IMG/VR virus record: IMGVR_UViG_3300025572_000005 | DNA length: 41,544 nt | Direction: 5' to 3' (one strand) | DNA from: a virus | In this document: in pieces, positions 7,744 through 15,308 of the stretch | How positions within the stretch are numbered: the stretch's first letter is position 1 | Layout: every line of letters begins with the position of its first letter | Translations under genes and position numbers: made by a program | Notes under the pieces: model-generated | The model's input: only the letters and a program-made list of their open reading frames with translations | Database searches by the model: none | What the model was told of the DNA's origin: nothing

Positions 7744-8970
7744 CTACGCCGCTCCTTTCTCTGCCACGATCCACGGTCGCCACACGCGTCGCAAACCGCG
7801 CACCGCATAGCGCAAGGCATCACATCCGTGGTCATTCTGCTTCAACGGCTTGTCTTCGCCTCTCACTTGCGCTTTATCGTCCCACACGTACGTGCCCATT
7901 TCTTCGATCAGGCCCGTGCAACTCGCATGAATCTTAAGCCGTCCCGCACCCAAGAGTGTGCTCACGTCCTGGATGCCGTCGATGACGGCGTTGTCGGCGG
8001 GCCACGTGCGAATTCCGTCGTGGCGCAACTGCGTGATAAACGACGCCGCCGACGGGTCGATCCAAATCCTCTGCGGAACGACGTTGCCGAGCCACCGCCG
8101 CAGTTCTGCGCTTAGCTGAGCGTCCGTCAGCCGCCGCCCCTTCGCCTCGCTGTCCCAGCGCCACTCGCGGCAGACGTAGAGCACTCCGTCCTGACCGACG
8201 CCGAGAAGGAGAAACACCGTCGGGTTCGTCGTGCCATAGTCGATGCCGACGTAATAGTGTTGGATCGGCGGGAGCGCCTTTATGACGTGTTGATCGGGGT
8301 CGAACATGTCGTAAACAGTACCTTCGGCGAGGACCCAGAGGCCGAGGATGTAGCGTTTGTACCACAGGCCCGTGTATTCCCGCTTGAGCGACTCGACGTA
8401 GGCTGGGTCGAGGTTTGGATTGTCATCAAGTCCGAAGCTCCAGTGCCGCAGGTCCAGCTCATGCGCCCGGTCGATGAAATCCCGCTTGAGCCAGTGAAAC
8501 GGACTGTCCGGGTTCGTCGTGCCGAAGAAGCGCGCTCCTGGAAGTGACAGGCGCGAGAGCATCATGGCGAAGAAGCTCTCCGGCCACAGCGTGATCTCAT
8601 CGCCGTAGCATCCCACGAGAGTCAGACCCCGGATTTTACCCTCACTGCGCTCGTCGTTCGCACCCGCGAGATAGACCCGTCTCCCGAGGATCATCGCTTC
8701 GCCTTTGCCGGACAACAGGCGAAACTCGTCCTCGTCCAACATCTCGGCAATGGGGTCGAGGATGTTTCGCTTGAGCGTACGCTCTGTCTTTCCGACCATG
8801 AGCAATTCGCCTGGAGGCCCATGCGCGACAAAATCGAGCCACCGGATGATACTCGCGACCGTCTTGCCCGAACGCACCGAACCATGCCAGATGTTGAGTC
8901 GCGCGTCTGCCTCAAGGATCGAGCGCCGTTGCTTACCCGTCGGTAGCGCCAACGTCGGCATCGGCCTCAT
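7744..8970 (-). CDS. terL: Terminase large subunit (PBSX / Terminase_3-like)
   Basis: Walker A GSVRSGKT, Walker B-like VGCYGDEIT, C-terminal nuclease region with IDYGTTNP and NDHGCDALRY. Confidence 0.92.
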   Translation of the reverse strand: MRPMPTLALPTGKQRRSILEADARLNIWHGSVRSGKTVASIIRWLDFVAHGPPGELLMVGKTERTLKRNILDPIAEMLDEDEFRLLSGKGEAMILGRRVYLAGANDERSEGKIRGLTLVGCYGDEITLWPESFFAMMLSRLSLPGARFFGTTNPDSPFHWLKRDFIDRAHELDLRHWSFGLDDNPNLDPAYVESLKREYTGLWYKRYILGLWVLAEGTVYDMFDPDQHVIKALPPIQHYYVGIDYGTTNPTVFLLLGVGQDGVLYVCREWRWDSEAKGRRLTDAQLSAELRRWLGNVVPQRIWIDPSAASFITQLRHDGIRTWPADNAVIDGIQDVSTLLGAGRLKIHASCTGLIEEMGTYVWDDKAQVRGEDKPLKQNDHGCDALRYAVRGLRRVWRPWIVAEKGAA

Positions 8971-9364
8971 CCCCCCGCAGGCGTTGCATTAGCTCGCTGA
9001 TTGCACCGCGCCGCTTGCCGCCGTCGTCGTCCTCCTGGCGGCGCTTATCCAAGAGCACCGCCAGTGCCATCGCTAGTTGCTGCAATTCGCCAGGTTTTGC
9101 CAGAATCTCAAGCATCGCGTCGGCCTTGTCAAGCGCCTTGTCAATCAGGCGAATCCGCTCGGCGCGTGCGTAAGTGATCCGGGCCTCGGTCGCTTTTTTC
9201 GGCTCGGCAACATTGCTCTTGATCCCTTCGACCTTCGCAATCCGGTTGATGGTGGACACATGACGCCCGAACTTGCGAGCGATTGCTCCCTGCGACATCT
9301 CGCCACTCTTGAGGGCTTCGATGATCTGTTGGCGCTCTTTCTCGCTCACAGGCTTCGGACGCAT
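8933..9364 (-). CDS. terS: Terminase small subunit (HTH-containing)
   Basis: HTH SQGAIARKFGRHVSTINRIAK. Overlaps terL by 38 nt. ATG at 9364 is preceded by GGAAGGTGG. The ORF track extends to GTG 9373. Confidence 0.7.
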   Translation of the reverse strand: MRPKPVSEKERQQIIEALKSGEMSQGAIARKFGRHVSTINRIAKVEGIKSNVAEPKKATEARITYARAERIRLIDKALDKADAMLEILAKPGELQQLAMALAVLLDKRRQEDDDGGKRRGAISELMQRLRGDEADADVGATDG

Positions 9365-9387
9365 GACCACCACCTTCCTTCACAAAC

Positions 9388-9428
9388 GGCGCGCGACGCG
9401 CCCCGCGGCGGAGGTGAGACCGCGGGGC
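9388..9428 (-). promoter_or_regulatory. Two adjacent GC-rich hairpins just upstream of terS
   Basis: Plus-strand sequences ggcgcg-cga-cgcgcc (9388-9402) and ccccgcgg-N11-ccgcgggg (9401-9428). Confidence 0.3.
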
Positions 9429-9469
9429 GTCGGGCCTGTGATCGTATTGCGCGCCGTGCCCGATAAATT

Positions 9470-10264
9470 CTACTTCGCCAACGGTAGCGCAGGCTGTAGC
9501 TCTGCCATGCGCTTTCGGATGACCTCGCAATACTCCGGCTCCTTCTCGATCCCGATACACGAAAAACCCTCCTGGATCGCTGCCAGGAGGGTTGTGCCGG
9601 AACCGGAGAAGGGGTCGAGGACTGTGCCGCCGGGAGGAGTGATGAGACGGATCATCCAGGCGGCCAAATCACGTGGATATGCTGCCGGGTGGCCGCGCGA
9701 GTCTGTTTGGGAAGGCGATACGGCAACCCAATCACGACAACGAGCGATTCCGCTTCTCAAGTCGGATGCCCCAGCCAGCCATTTCTTAAAACCTTCACCA
9801 GCCAGGCTTACGCCTATCCTGTCTGAAAACCTCCCATTCGCCTTGGGATCGCAGTACGGTTGCTGATCCTTCGCAAACCACAAAATGCGTTCCCAAGAAC
9901 GTCTGGGTCGCTTCGGGTGTCCAACAGGAGGCGCGTCAGGCTTCATCCAAATCAACTCATCACATTCGATCCATCCCGCCTCACGCAGTGCCAAACGGGT
10001 CCGATGCACGTAGTCCGACATCTCGCCGTTGCGAATGTGCTCCCGAATGTTGATGAGCACGCTCCCATGCGGCTTCAAAATGCGGCGCACCTGCTCCATC
10101 CACGCTACAGTCCAAGCGGGGTATTCCGCTTCTGGAACGCCGCCATACAACTTCGCCCGTTGCATCGCGTAAGGCGGCGACGTAACAACCGAGTCGACAC
10201 TTCCCTCGGGCAAGCCCTTCATCACTTCGATGCAGTCGCCTTCGTAGAGCGTCCACTCGGCCAT
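9470..10264 (-). CDS. DNA N4-cytosine / N6-adenine methyltransferase (beta class)
   Basis: Motif IV VVTSPPYA lies near the N-terminus and motif I VLDPFSGSGTT near the C-terminus. No adjacent endonuclease gene. Confidence 0.88.
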   Translation of the reverse strand: MAEWTLYEGDCIEVMKGLPEGSVDSVVTSPPYAMQRAKLYGGVPEAEYPAWTVAWMEQVRRILKPHGSVLINIREHIRNGEMSDYVHRTRLALREAGWIECDELIWMKPDAPPVGHPKRPRRSWERILWFAKDQQPYCDPKANGRFSDRIGVSLAGEGFKKWLAGASDLRSGIARCRDWVAVSPSQTDSRGHPAAYPRDLAAWMIRLITPPGGTVLDPFSGSGTTLLAAIQEGFSCIGIEKEPEYCEVIRKRMAELQPALPLAK

Positions 10265-10278
10265 GCGCTCACCCCCAC

Positions 10279-10305
10279 AAAAAAAGCGCCGCCCATCGGC
10301 GACGC
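10279..10305 (-). terminator. Intrinsic terminator 2, 14 nt upstream of the methyltransferase start
   Basis: The minus strand reads GCGTCGCC-GATG-GGCGGCGC (8-bp stem with one G-U pair) followed by TTTTTTT. Confidence 0.65.
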
Positions 10306-10311
10306 CATTCT

Positions 10312-10353
10312 ATCAAAAGCAAAATGCCGCACACCCTTGTTTGGGTGTACGGC
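10312..10353 (-). terminator. Intrinsic terminator 1
   Basis: The minus strand reads GCCGTACACCC-AAACA-GGGTGTGCGGC followed by ATTTTGCTTTTG. Confidence 0.6.
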
Positions 10354-10363
10354 TATCGCCGCT

Positions 10364-10393
10364 ATTATACACCTGTTTTGCAAGTGTCGTCAA
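10364..10393 (-). promoter_or_regulatory. Near-consensus sigma-70-type promoter (candidate late promoter)
   Basis: The minus strand reads TTGACG (10393-10388), an 18-nt spacer, then TATAAT (10369-10364). It starts 5 nt after the stop of ORF 10398-10739. Confidence 0.6.
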
Positions 10394-10397
10394 CACC

Positions 10398-10739
10398 TCA
10401 TGCGATTGTCCACTTTGGCGCGGGTTTGTTGGTGTACTGTCGCTTTCGTCGTCGACCGCCCTTGCTCCCGCCGCCGTGCTTGTCCTGCCTGCCCAGAGGA
10501 GCAAGATGCCCCCAAGGATACAGTGCGCCGTCGTTTGGATCGGGCTGCTCACCCTCCAATCGTTCGCGGTGCAGCTCATCGAACGTCCGGCGCACGTCGT
10601 CGGCGTCGTAGTCGATGAGTTGCGTCACAAACCGGCATACCGGGCACCTAATCCAGCCAGTGTGTTCCTCAATCGGTTGCATCACCGCGTCATCTTTGAA
10701 ACAGCGCACCTCATCATATCGCATGGGCATGCTCCTCAT
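10398..10739 (-). CDS. Hypothetical 113-aa protein with Cys motif and basic C-terminal tail; positional candidate for a late-gene regulator
   Basis: Contains ...GWIRCPVCRF... and a C-terminal GGGSKGGRRRKRQ. It is the last gene before the late promoter. The true start may be Met6 (10724), which has AGGAG 7 nt upstream. Confidence 0.55.
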   Translation of the reverse strand: MRSMPMRYDEVRCFKDDAVMQPIEEHTGWIRCPVCRFVTQLIDYDADDVRRTFDELHRERLEGEQPDPNDGALYPWGHLAPLGRQDKHGGGSKGGRRRKRQYTNKPAPKWTIA

Positions 10740-10742
10740 TTC

Positions 10743-10955
10743 TCACCCGGCACGTCGTACTACACGCAACTCATCGTAAGGGAAACTCTCGCGATAACCA
10801 CAATCCAGCTCCACCGTCGCAAACCGCGGGCCTGTCCACACGACGCGTCCGCGCAGGCGTTGCTGCGTCATCCGCACGTCACGCCGATCCGTGCGCTTGC
10901 CCCACGCTGTCAGATGCACGACTACCTCCACGCGGTCGCCTATCTGTACGCTCAC
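10743..10955 (-). CDS. Hypothetical 70-aa protein (small beta-rich, SH3/KOW-like impression)
   Basis: ATGA-type 4-nt overlap with the upstream gene. Sequence GDRVEVVVH...GRVVWTGPRFATVELD. Confidence 0.55.
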   Translation of the reverse strand: MSVQIGDRVEVVVHLTAWGKRTDRRDVRMTQQRLRGRVVWTGPRFATVELDCGYRESFPYDELRVVRRAG

Positions 10956-11281
10956 GCCCCACCACCTCCGTTTTTCGCCTCAGAACGTTTGAGAGCCGAC
11001 AACAGCGCAGCGCGGCAGATGGCTTCTGGTGCGTTCTTGCTCGACACCACCACTTCTGCGCCACCGACAGCGACGACCCAATCGCCCTTGACGTAGGTGA
11101 TCGTGAGGGCTTCGTCAGGCGTCGCGAGGTGCTCCACAACCTGCCATGCCGCGTCGATGTCTCGACTGTATGGCACAGGACCGGCGACTGGCGACCACGT
11201 TAGTCCGAGAACATCCCTCGCCACCGCCTCGTCAAGCTCCCGCCCGCTCAACCGCATCACGTCGTCCCGCGTCATGCTCAT
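10952..11281 (-). CDS. Phage ABA-sandwich-domain-like protein
   Basis: N-terminal LSGRELDEAVARDVLGLTW...DIDAAWQVVEHL resembles the phage ABA sandwich domain signature (sgrELDalVAekVmGW). Confidence 0.55.
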   Translation of the reverse strand: MSMTRDDVMRLSGRELDEAVARDVLGLTWSPVAGPVPYSRDIDAAWQVVEHLATPDEALTITYVKGDWVVAVGGAEVVVSSKNAPEAICRAALLSALKRSEAKNGGGGA

Positions 11282-11412
11282 TGCTTGACCTCGCCTCCTG
11301 TCAGGCGTTGCGCTTGACGCGCCGCTTCATCCGCTCTCCCCGCCGCCTGACACAGCGCCACGACCAGCACGCCCACGATGCAGCCGACCCATGCGCCGAG
11401 TAGGAACGTCAT
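11278..11412 (-). CDS. Small 44-aa membrane protein (not in the ORF track)
   Basis: My translation is MTFLLGAWVGCIVGVLVVALCQAAGRADEAARQAQRLTGGEVKQ. ATGA overlaps with both neighbouring genes. Confidence 0.5.
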   Translation of the reverse strand: MTFLLGAWVGCIVGVLVVALCQAAGRADEAARQAQRLTGGEVKQ

Positions 11413-11681
11413 GCGCTCTTCTCCTCCGCCTCAGCGATTGCTCCCGCGGCTCGGATTATCTTGACGCACAACTCAAAGAGGCGGAAGTCGAGCTCGCGCG
11501 CAATTCCCTGTTCCAGTTCCCGGCACAGTTTGTTCAACTGTTCCTCGTCAAGCCCCGATGTGTCCCCCTCAATGGCGACTCGCACCGGAGCCGAAACGAC
11601 CAATGCCAGGTTGTCCCCAAACCGCAACCTCGTCTCGACTTTGCCGTCGTTCTTGTACGTCATGTCCTTGATCTTCATCAC
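11409..11681 (-). CDS. Hypothetical 90-aa protein
   Basis: ORF with 4-nt overlaps on both sides. Confidence 0.6.
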   Translation of the reverse strand: MMKIKDMTYKNDGKVETRLRFGDNLALVVSAPVRVAIEGDTSGLDEEQLNKLCRELEQGIARELDFRLFELCVKIIRAAGAIAEAEEKSA

Positions 11682-12043
11682 ACAGCCGCCTCCTTCGCCT
11701 CCGCTATCTCCACCTCGACGCGCTCCGGCGTCCCCGTCATCGCATACACATGCAGCGCCACGACCTGGCTGTCGTCCCGGTACGCGACTCCGTTCAGCCC
11801 GTCCATGATTGACTTCGCGGCGTTGTCGATGTCGGCCCGCCGTCGCCCTTTAGAGTACAGCCACATCCGCAGCGCAACAGGGCCGTCGATCATCGTCACG
11901 GCTGCAGCCCGCGCTTCCCATGCGACGCGCTCCTCATACTCCCGCGTCTCGCGAGGCGTGTAGGTGACGACGCGGTTGCCGCGGCGCAGAGCCACGCGCG
12001 GGCGACGTTTGCCGTGAGGTCGGCCAGGGATCACGAATCGCAC
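11678..12043 (-). CDS. rusA: Holliday junction resolvase RusA
   Basis: Motif RADIDNAAKSIMDGLNGVAYRDDSQV. The start is set at GTG 12043, preceded by GGAGG 7 nt upstream. The ORF track extends to 12100. Confidence 0.85.
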   Translation of the reverse strand: MRFVIPGRPHGKRRPRVALRRGNRVVTYTPRETREYEERVAWEARAAAVTMIDGPVALRMWLYSKGRRRADIDNAAKSIMDGLNGVAYRDDSQVVALHVYAMTGTPERVEVEIAEAKEAAV

Positions 12044-12231
12044 CGCGATCCCTCCTTCCGGCCAAACTCCCTCTTCAAGTCCTCTTCGTCCCGATAGCAC
12101 ATCCTAATACCCTGACGGCGCAGGTAACGGTCCAGTACCGCAACGTTGTGCCCGATGTTCAGAAGGAGGCGAAGAGCGAGAATGAGGCCGACCAGATTCG
12201 CGACGCCGACCACCAAGAGAAACATAATCAC
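12031..12231 (-). CDS. Small 66-aa membrane protein
   Basis: N-terminal hydrophobic helix MIMFLLVVGVANLVGLILALRLLL. Coupled to neighbouring genes. Confidence 0.55.
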   Translation of the reverse strand: MIMFLLVVGVANLVGLILALRLLLNIGHNVAVLDRYLRRQGIRMCYRDEEDLKREFGRKEGSRCDS

Positions 12232-12614
12232 TCCCGCCCCTCCTCCCGGTCCACCGCCGCATACGGGTTCGCCGGCGCGGAGGAGAGGGCGGCAGCGAGT
12301 TCGCAGTCAGGGGCGTGGCCGTCTCGTTTCTCCCATCCGCACCAGGGACAAACGTCGCCGTTCTCATTTGGATCGTATCCCCGCCACTCCACCCGCTCCA
12401 GCACCCGCCGCAGCCATGCCTCGCGGACGAGGGCGGTGTCACGATCCTGGTGCGCCTGCGCGAGCTGGCGGCGGAGACAGAGTGTCGACTCCTCGACGTA
12501 GCCTGAAATCCTCTTGCTCGACTTACAGGCCCAATCGTAGGTGTAGGCTCCAGGCTCAACAGGTAACGCCCCACACTTCGGACACCGCTCCTGCTCATCG
12601 GACATCGGTGACAC
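12228..12614 (-). CDS. Hypothetical Zn-ribbon protein (128 aa)
   Basis: CPKC near the N-terminus and CPWC in the C-terminal half. Confidence 0.6.
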   Translation of the reverse strand: MSPMSDEQERCPKCGALPVEPGAYTYDWACKSSKRISGYVEESTLCLRRQLAQAHQDRDTALVREAWLRRVLERVEWRGYDPNENGDVCPWCGWEKRDGHAPDCELAAALSSAPANPYAAVDREEGRE

Positions 12615-12807
12615 CTCCGGCTTCTAGCTCATCCACGCAATCCGGGCAAAGCCATAGATTGCTGTACTCTTGAAACCCGAGCCGTTCAGCCCGCCTCTTC
12701 GCGTCGTCTTCATCGACTGCGCCCAACAGGATGGCTCCCTGAACACATGCCGAGCAAGCAACACACCAAGCAAGACCAATCCTGCCAGGCTCGATCGTTC
12801 TATGCAC
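12595..12807 (-). CDS. Hypothetical Zn-ribbon protein (70 aa)
   Basis: GTG 12807 is preceded by GGGAGGTGGGG and overlaps the upstream stop by 8 nt. Contains CVACSAC ... CPDC. The ORF-track N-terminal extension overlaps the upstream gene. Confidence 0.5.
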   Translation of the reverse strand: MHRTIEPGRIGLAWCVACSACVQGAILLGAVDEDDAKRRAERLGFQEYSNLWLCPDCVDELEAGGVTDVR

Positions 12808-13102
12808 GATCCCCACCTCCCGGCGCATGGAGGGCGGCCTTTGCACGCCCTTTCTTCTCATCAATGCACCTCGGGCATGTCCATTTCCGACGAAGTTGCC
12901 CTCTATGCCGCATCCTGCGCCAGCACATAGTGACGAGAAGTCGTTTGAACCTTCGCTTTTGATCACTCGGATACCACACGTTCTGCGAGCATGAGATGCA
13001 CGTAACCTCAATCCCGCCTCGCCGATTGAGAATCAAATCGTTACTGTAGTGGATCACACCGCGTGGAGTCGTAGGTCCCCAGCTAAGCACCACGGATGCC
13101 AT
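12800..13102 (-). CDS. Hypothetical Zn-ribbon protein (100 aa)
   Basis: Internal ATG (MASVVLS...) 20 nt inside the upstream gene end. Contains CISC ... CPRC. Confidence 0.45.
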   Translation of the reverse strand: MASVVLSWGPTTPRGVIHYSNDLILNRRGGIEVTCISCSQNVWYPSDQKRRFKRLLVTMCWRRMRHRGQLRRKWTCPRCIDEKKGRAKAALHAPGGGDRA

Positions 13103-13691
13103 CCCCTTTCTCGCCGTCGAGGAGAGCGAGGGCTGTGACAAGCGCCCGTTTCGCCCGGTACGACAACTCGCCACCTGTAGGGCATAGGTCGAAACTACAT
13201 TGATCGCACTCGGCGATATGATCGTTGCGATCGTGTTGCGCCGTCACCGCCGCCGCCAACGTCTCCCGCTCCCGCATGATTCTTTGCAGTCTAGCTGGCA
13301 GGTCGCTCAGTCTCCATTGCTTGCCCTGCGTCTGAAACTCAGACGAGTTCCGGCTAATCATCAAATGACACTCGCCAACCGACGAACGCAGAAACTCGGC
13401 GTTTTCCTTTACGTAGGCACGCTCCCGCCGCAGACGCTCGATCTCGTCGAGCATCGCGAGGACGGTCGGCGGTGTGAATTCCCGGCCGTAAGTCACGCAC
13501 CGCCATAAGTTTTCAGGAAGTTGGCGTTCCTCAAGCGGCAATTGCTCAACAGTGTTAGCCGCCTCTGCGATCCGGCGTAGCTCTGCGAGGCGGGCGGGGG
13601 TCAACGTCCGCTCACTCAACGTCTGCCGCACCGCCCCCGCCGTCGTCGCCTCGCTGTCGATCATCGCCCGCTCATCGCTCATCGGTGGCAC
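13083..13691 (-). CDS. Ead/Ea22-like protein (paralog of 14895-15308)
   Basis: LTPARLAELRRIAEAA ... TVLAMLDEIERLRRE is shared with the paralog and reminiscent of lambdoid Ead/Ea22-like proteins. Confidence 0.55.
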   Translation of the reverse strand: MPPMSDERAMIDSEATTAGAVRQTLSERTLTPARLAELRRIAEAANTVEQLPLEERQLPENLWRCVTYGREFTPPTVLAMLDEIERLRRERAYVKENAEFLRSSVGECHLMISRNSSEFQTQGKQWRLSDLPARLQRIMRERETLAAAVTAQHDRNDHIAECDQCSFDLCPTGGELSYRAKRALVTALALLDGEKGDGIRGA

Positions 13692-14511
13692 CTCCCGTGT
13701 TCACGAACGTCCTCTCCACCGCCCGCCGCAGGCTCGATGTAGCTCGCTCTATATCCCTCACGTGATCCAGGATCGCCGCCGTCACGCCGCGAGAAAGCAG
13801 CTCTCTGAGACGCTCCTCCCATCCCCATCGGTAGGGGTCGATCCCCGCCTCGCGAAGTACAGCCTGGATCTTTTCGAGTTCCCGCTTCGGCTGTTCCCAC
13901 TCGCTGTCGAGCTTCCGCCGCAGATCCTGGAGCTCGTTTTCCTGTTTGAGGAGTTGCGACCACAATTTACCCTTGACGGCGTCCCCCATGTCACTCCGAG
14001 ATCGTTTGTCCGCCAACCATGCCTCGAACATCTCGCGCTTGCTGCTGAAAAAGGGATGACCCCCATCGTCGCAGTGGGACATGAGGATGTGGTACAGCAT
14101 GTCCGCCGAGAGTTCGATACGGCGATAGACGGCCTTCTTCCGCGTCGTCAGCGACTTGGTTTCCGGGTTGTACCAGACGAGACCGACCTCTTCGGCGACC
14201 TCCTCCGGTTGGATTAGACCGGACGGGCAAGCGAAGTAGAGTTCGTGGCAGAGGGGCAGATAGTCGGTCCATTTGGTGTCGCTCGTGAAATCAGACCGAT
14301 TGACCTTGACTTCATAGCCGATCAAGCACGGCTGCGTCCACGATTTGCGGACGGCCAGACCGTCGATGATTCGCAGACGACCGCGCTCCACGCCCTGCGT
14401 CTTTCCGTTGCGCACCTGCGTAAAAAAGGAGTCAGGTCGCTGCATCTTCTTCGTATGCTTGGCGTGCAGTGCCCGAAGAACTTCGTCGGCACGAACGTAT
14501 GGAACGCTCAC
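13672..14511 (-). CDS. MmcB-like PD-(D/E)XK nuclease with C-terminal coiled-coil
   Basis: Motif LIGYEVKVNRSDFTSDTKWTDYLPLCHELYFACPSGLI. The start is set at GTG 14511 (GGGAGGTGGGGAGGC upstream, GTGA overlap). The ORF-track N-terminus is discarded. Confidence 0.7.
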   Translation of the reverse strand: MSVPYVRADEVLRALHAKHTKKMQRPDSFFTQVRNGKTQGVERGRLRIIDGLAVRKSWTQPCLIGYEVKVNRSDFTSDTKWTDYLPLCHELYFACPSGLIQPEEVAEEVGLVWYNPETKSLTTRKKAVYRRIELSADMLYHILMSHCDDGGHPFFSSKREMFEAWLADKRSRSDMGDAVKGKLWSQLLKQENELQDLRRKLDSEWEQPKRELEKIQAVLREAGIDPYRWGWEERLRELLSRGVTAAILDHVRDIERATSSLRRAVERTFVNTGGATDER

Positions 14512-14837
14512 GCCTCCCCACCTCCCGACGCACGGAGGGCGGCTTGCGCGCCCCCGTGTTTCCGCACCAGCTTTACAACCGCGTCGCTGTACTCCGACGT
14601 AATACCGTACTTGCGAGCGAACCAATGGCCCCACGCGAACAGGTCGTCGAGCGAATCCGACTCCGGATCGACCTCCGGCTCCGGCTCATCGAAGCCGGGC
14701 TCGGGGCGCAAAAGGTGCTTCAATGCATCGAGTTCGGTCGCAAACTCTTTGTCTTGCATCAACTCCGCAATGTGCTTTTCCACACGTTCCATGGCTTGCT
14801 CCAGCCTTTCGCCCAGGTCATGCACCGTACTCATCAC
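14508..14837 (-). CDS. Hypothetical 109-aa acidic protein
   Basis: ORF coupled to the downstream nuclease gene. Confidence 0.6.
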   Translation of the reverse strand: MMSTVHDLGERLEQAMERVEKHIAELMQDKEFATELDALKHLLRPEPGFDEPEPEVDPESDSLDDLFAWGHWFARKYGITSEYSDAVVKLVRKHGGAQAALRASGGGEA

Positions 14838-14894
14838 CTCCCGGCGCCCTCAGCGCATTCTCAGCCTCGCCGACCCAACAGCCCTGTAGGCATG

Positions 14895-15308
14895 TCAATC
14901 ACACCCGCCACCACTTTTCACGGCAGTCTTCAGTCTCGTGTCAGTACGCCTCTCCTTGGACGAGAGCGACACAAGAGCGTCGATGATGCGATGCTCCGCC
15001 GACTGAATCCTCCCATGAGCCAACTCGTCTCGTGCGTCTTCTAGGTATCGGCCTGCCCTGCGTTGCTCCTGTTCGAGTACACTGATAACGTCCTCAAGGG
15101 TGCGTCGATCCAGTTGCAGCGCGTCTACGGCTTGCCGCAGCCGCTCGATCTCGTCCAGAAGCGCCAGGACTGTGCTGTGCTCCAGTTCGATCATGTCCCA
15201 GTCGCCCGCGGGGCCTGCCTCCGCGATCCGCCACAACTCCGCCAGGCGCTCCGGTGTCATCTCACCCACGCTCCCCAGCCTCCTCTCCCTCATGCCAGCC
15301 TGCGTCAT
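14895..15308 (-). CDS. Ead/Ea22-like protein (paralog of 13083-13691)
   Basis: MTPERLAELWRIAEAG ... TVLALLDEIERLRQA. ATG 15308 has an ATGA overlap and GGAGGGAGG upstream. Confidence 0.55.
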   Translation of the reverse strand: MTQAGMRERRLGSVGEMTPERLAELWRIAEAGPAGDWDMIELEHSTVLALLDEIERLRQAVDALQLDRRTLEDVISVLEQEQRRAGRYLEDARDELAHGRIQSAEHRIIDALVSLSSKERRTDTRLKTAVKSGGGCD

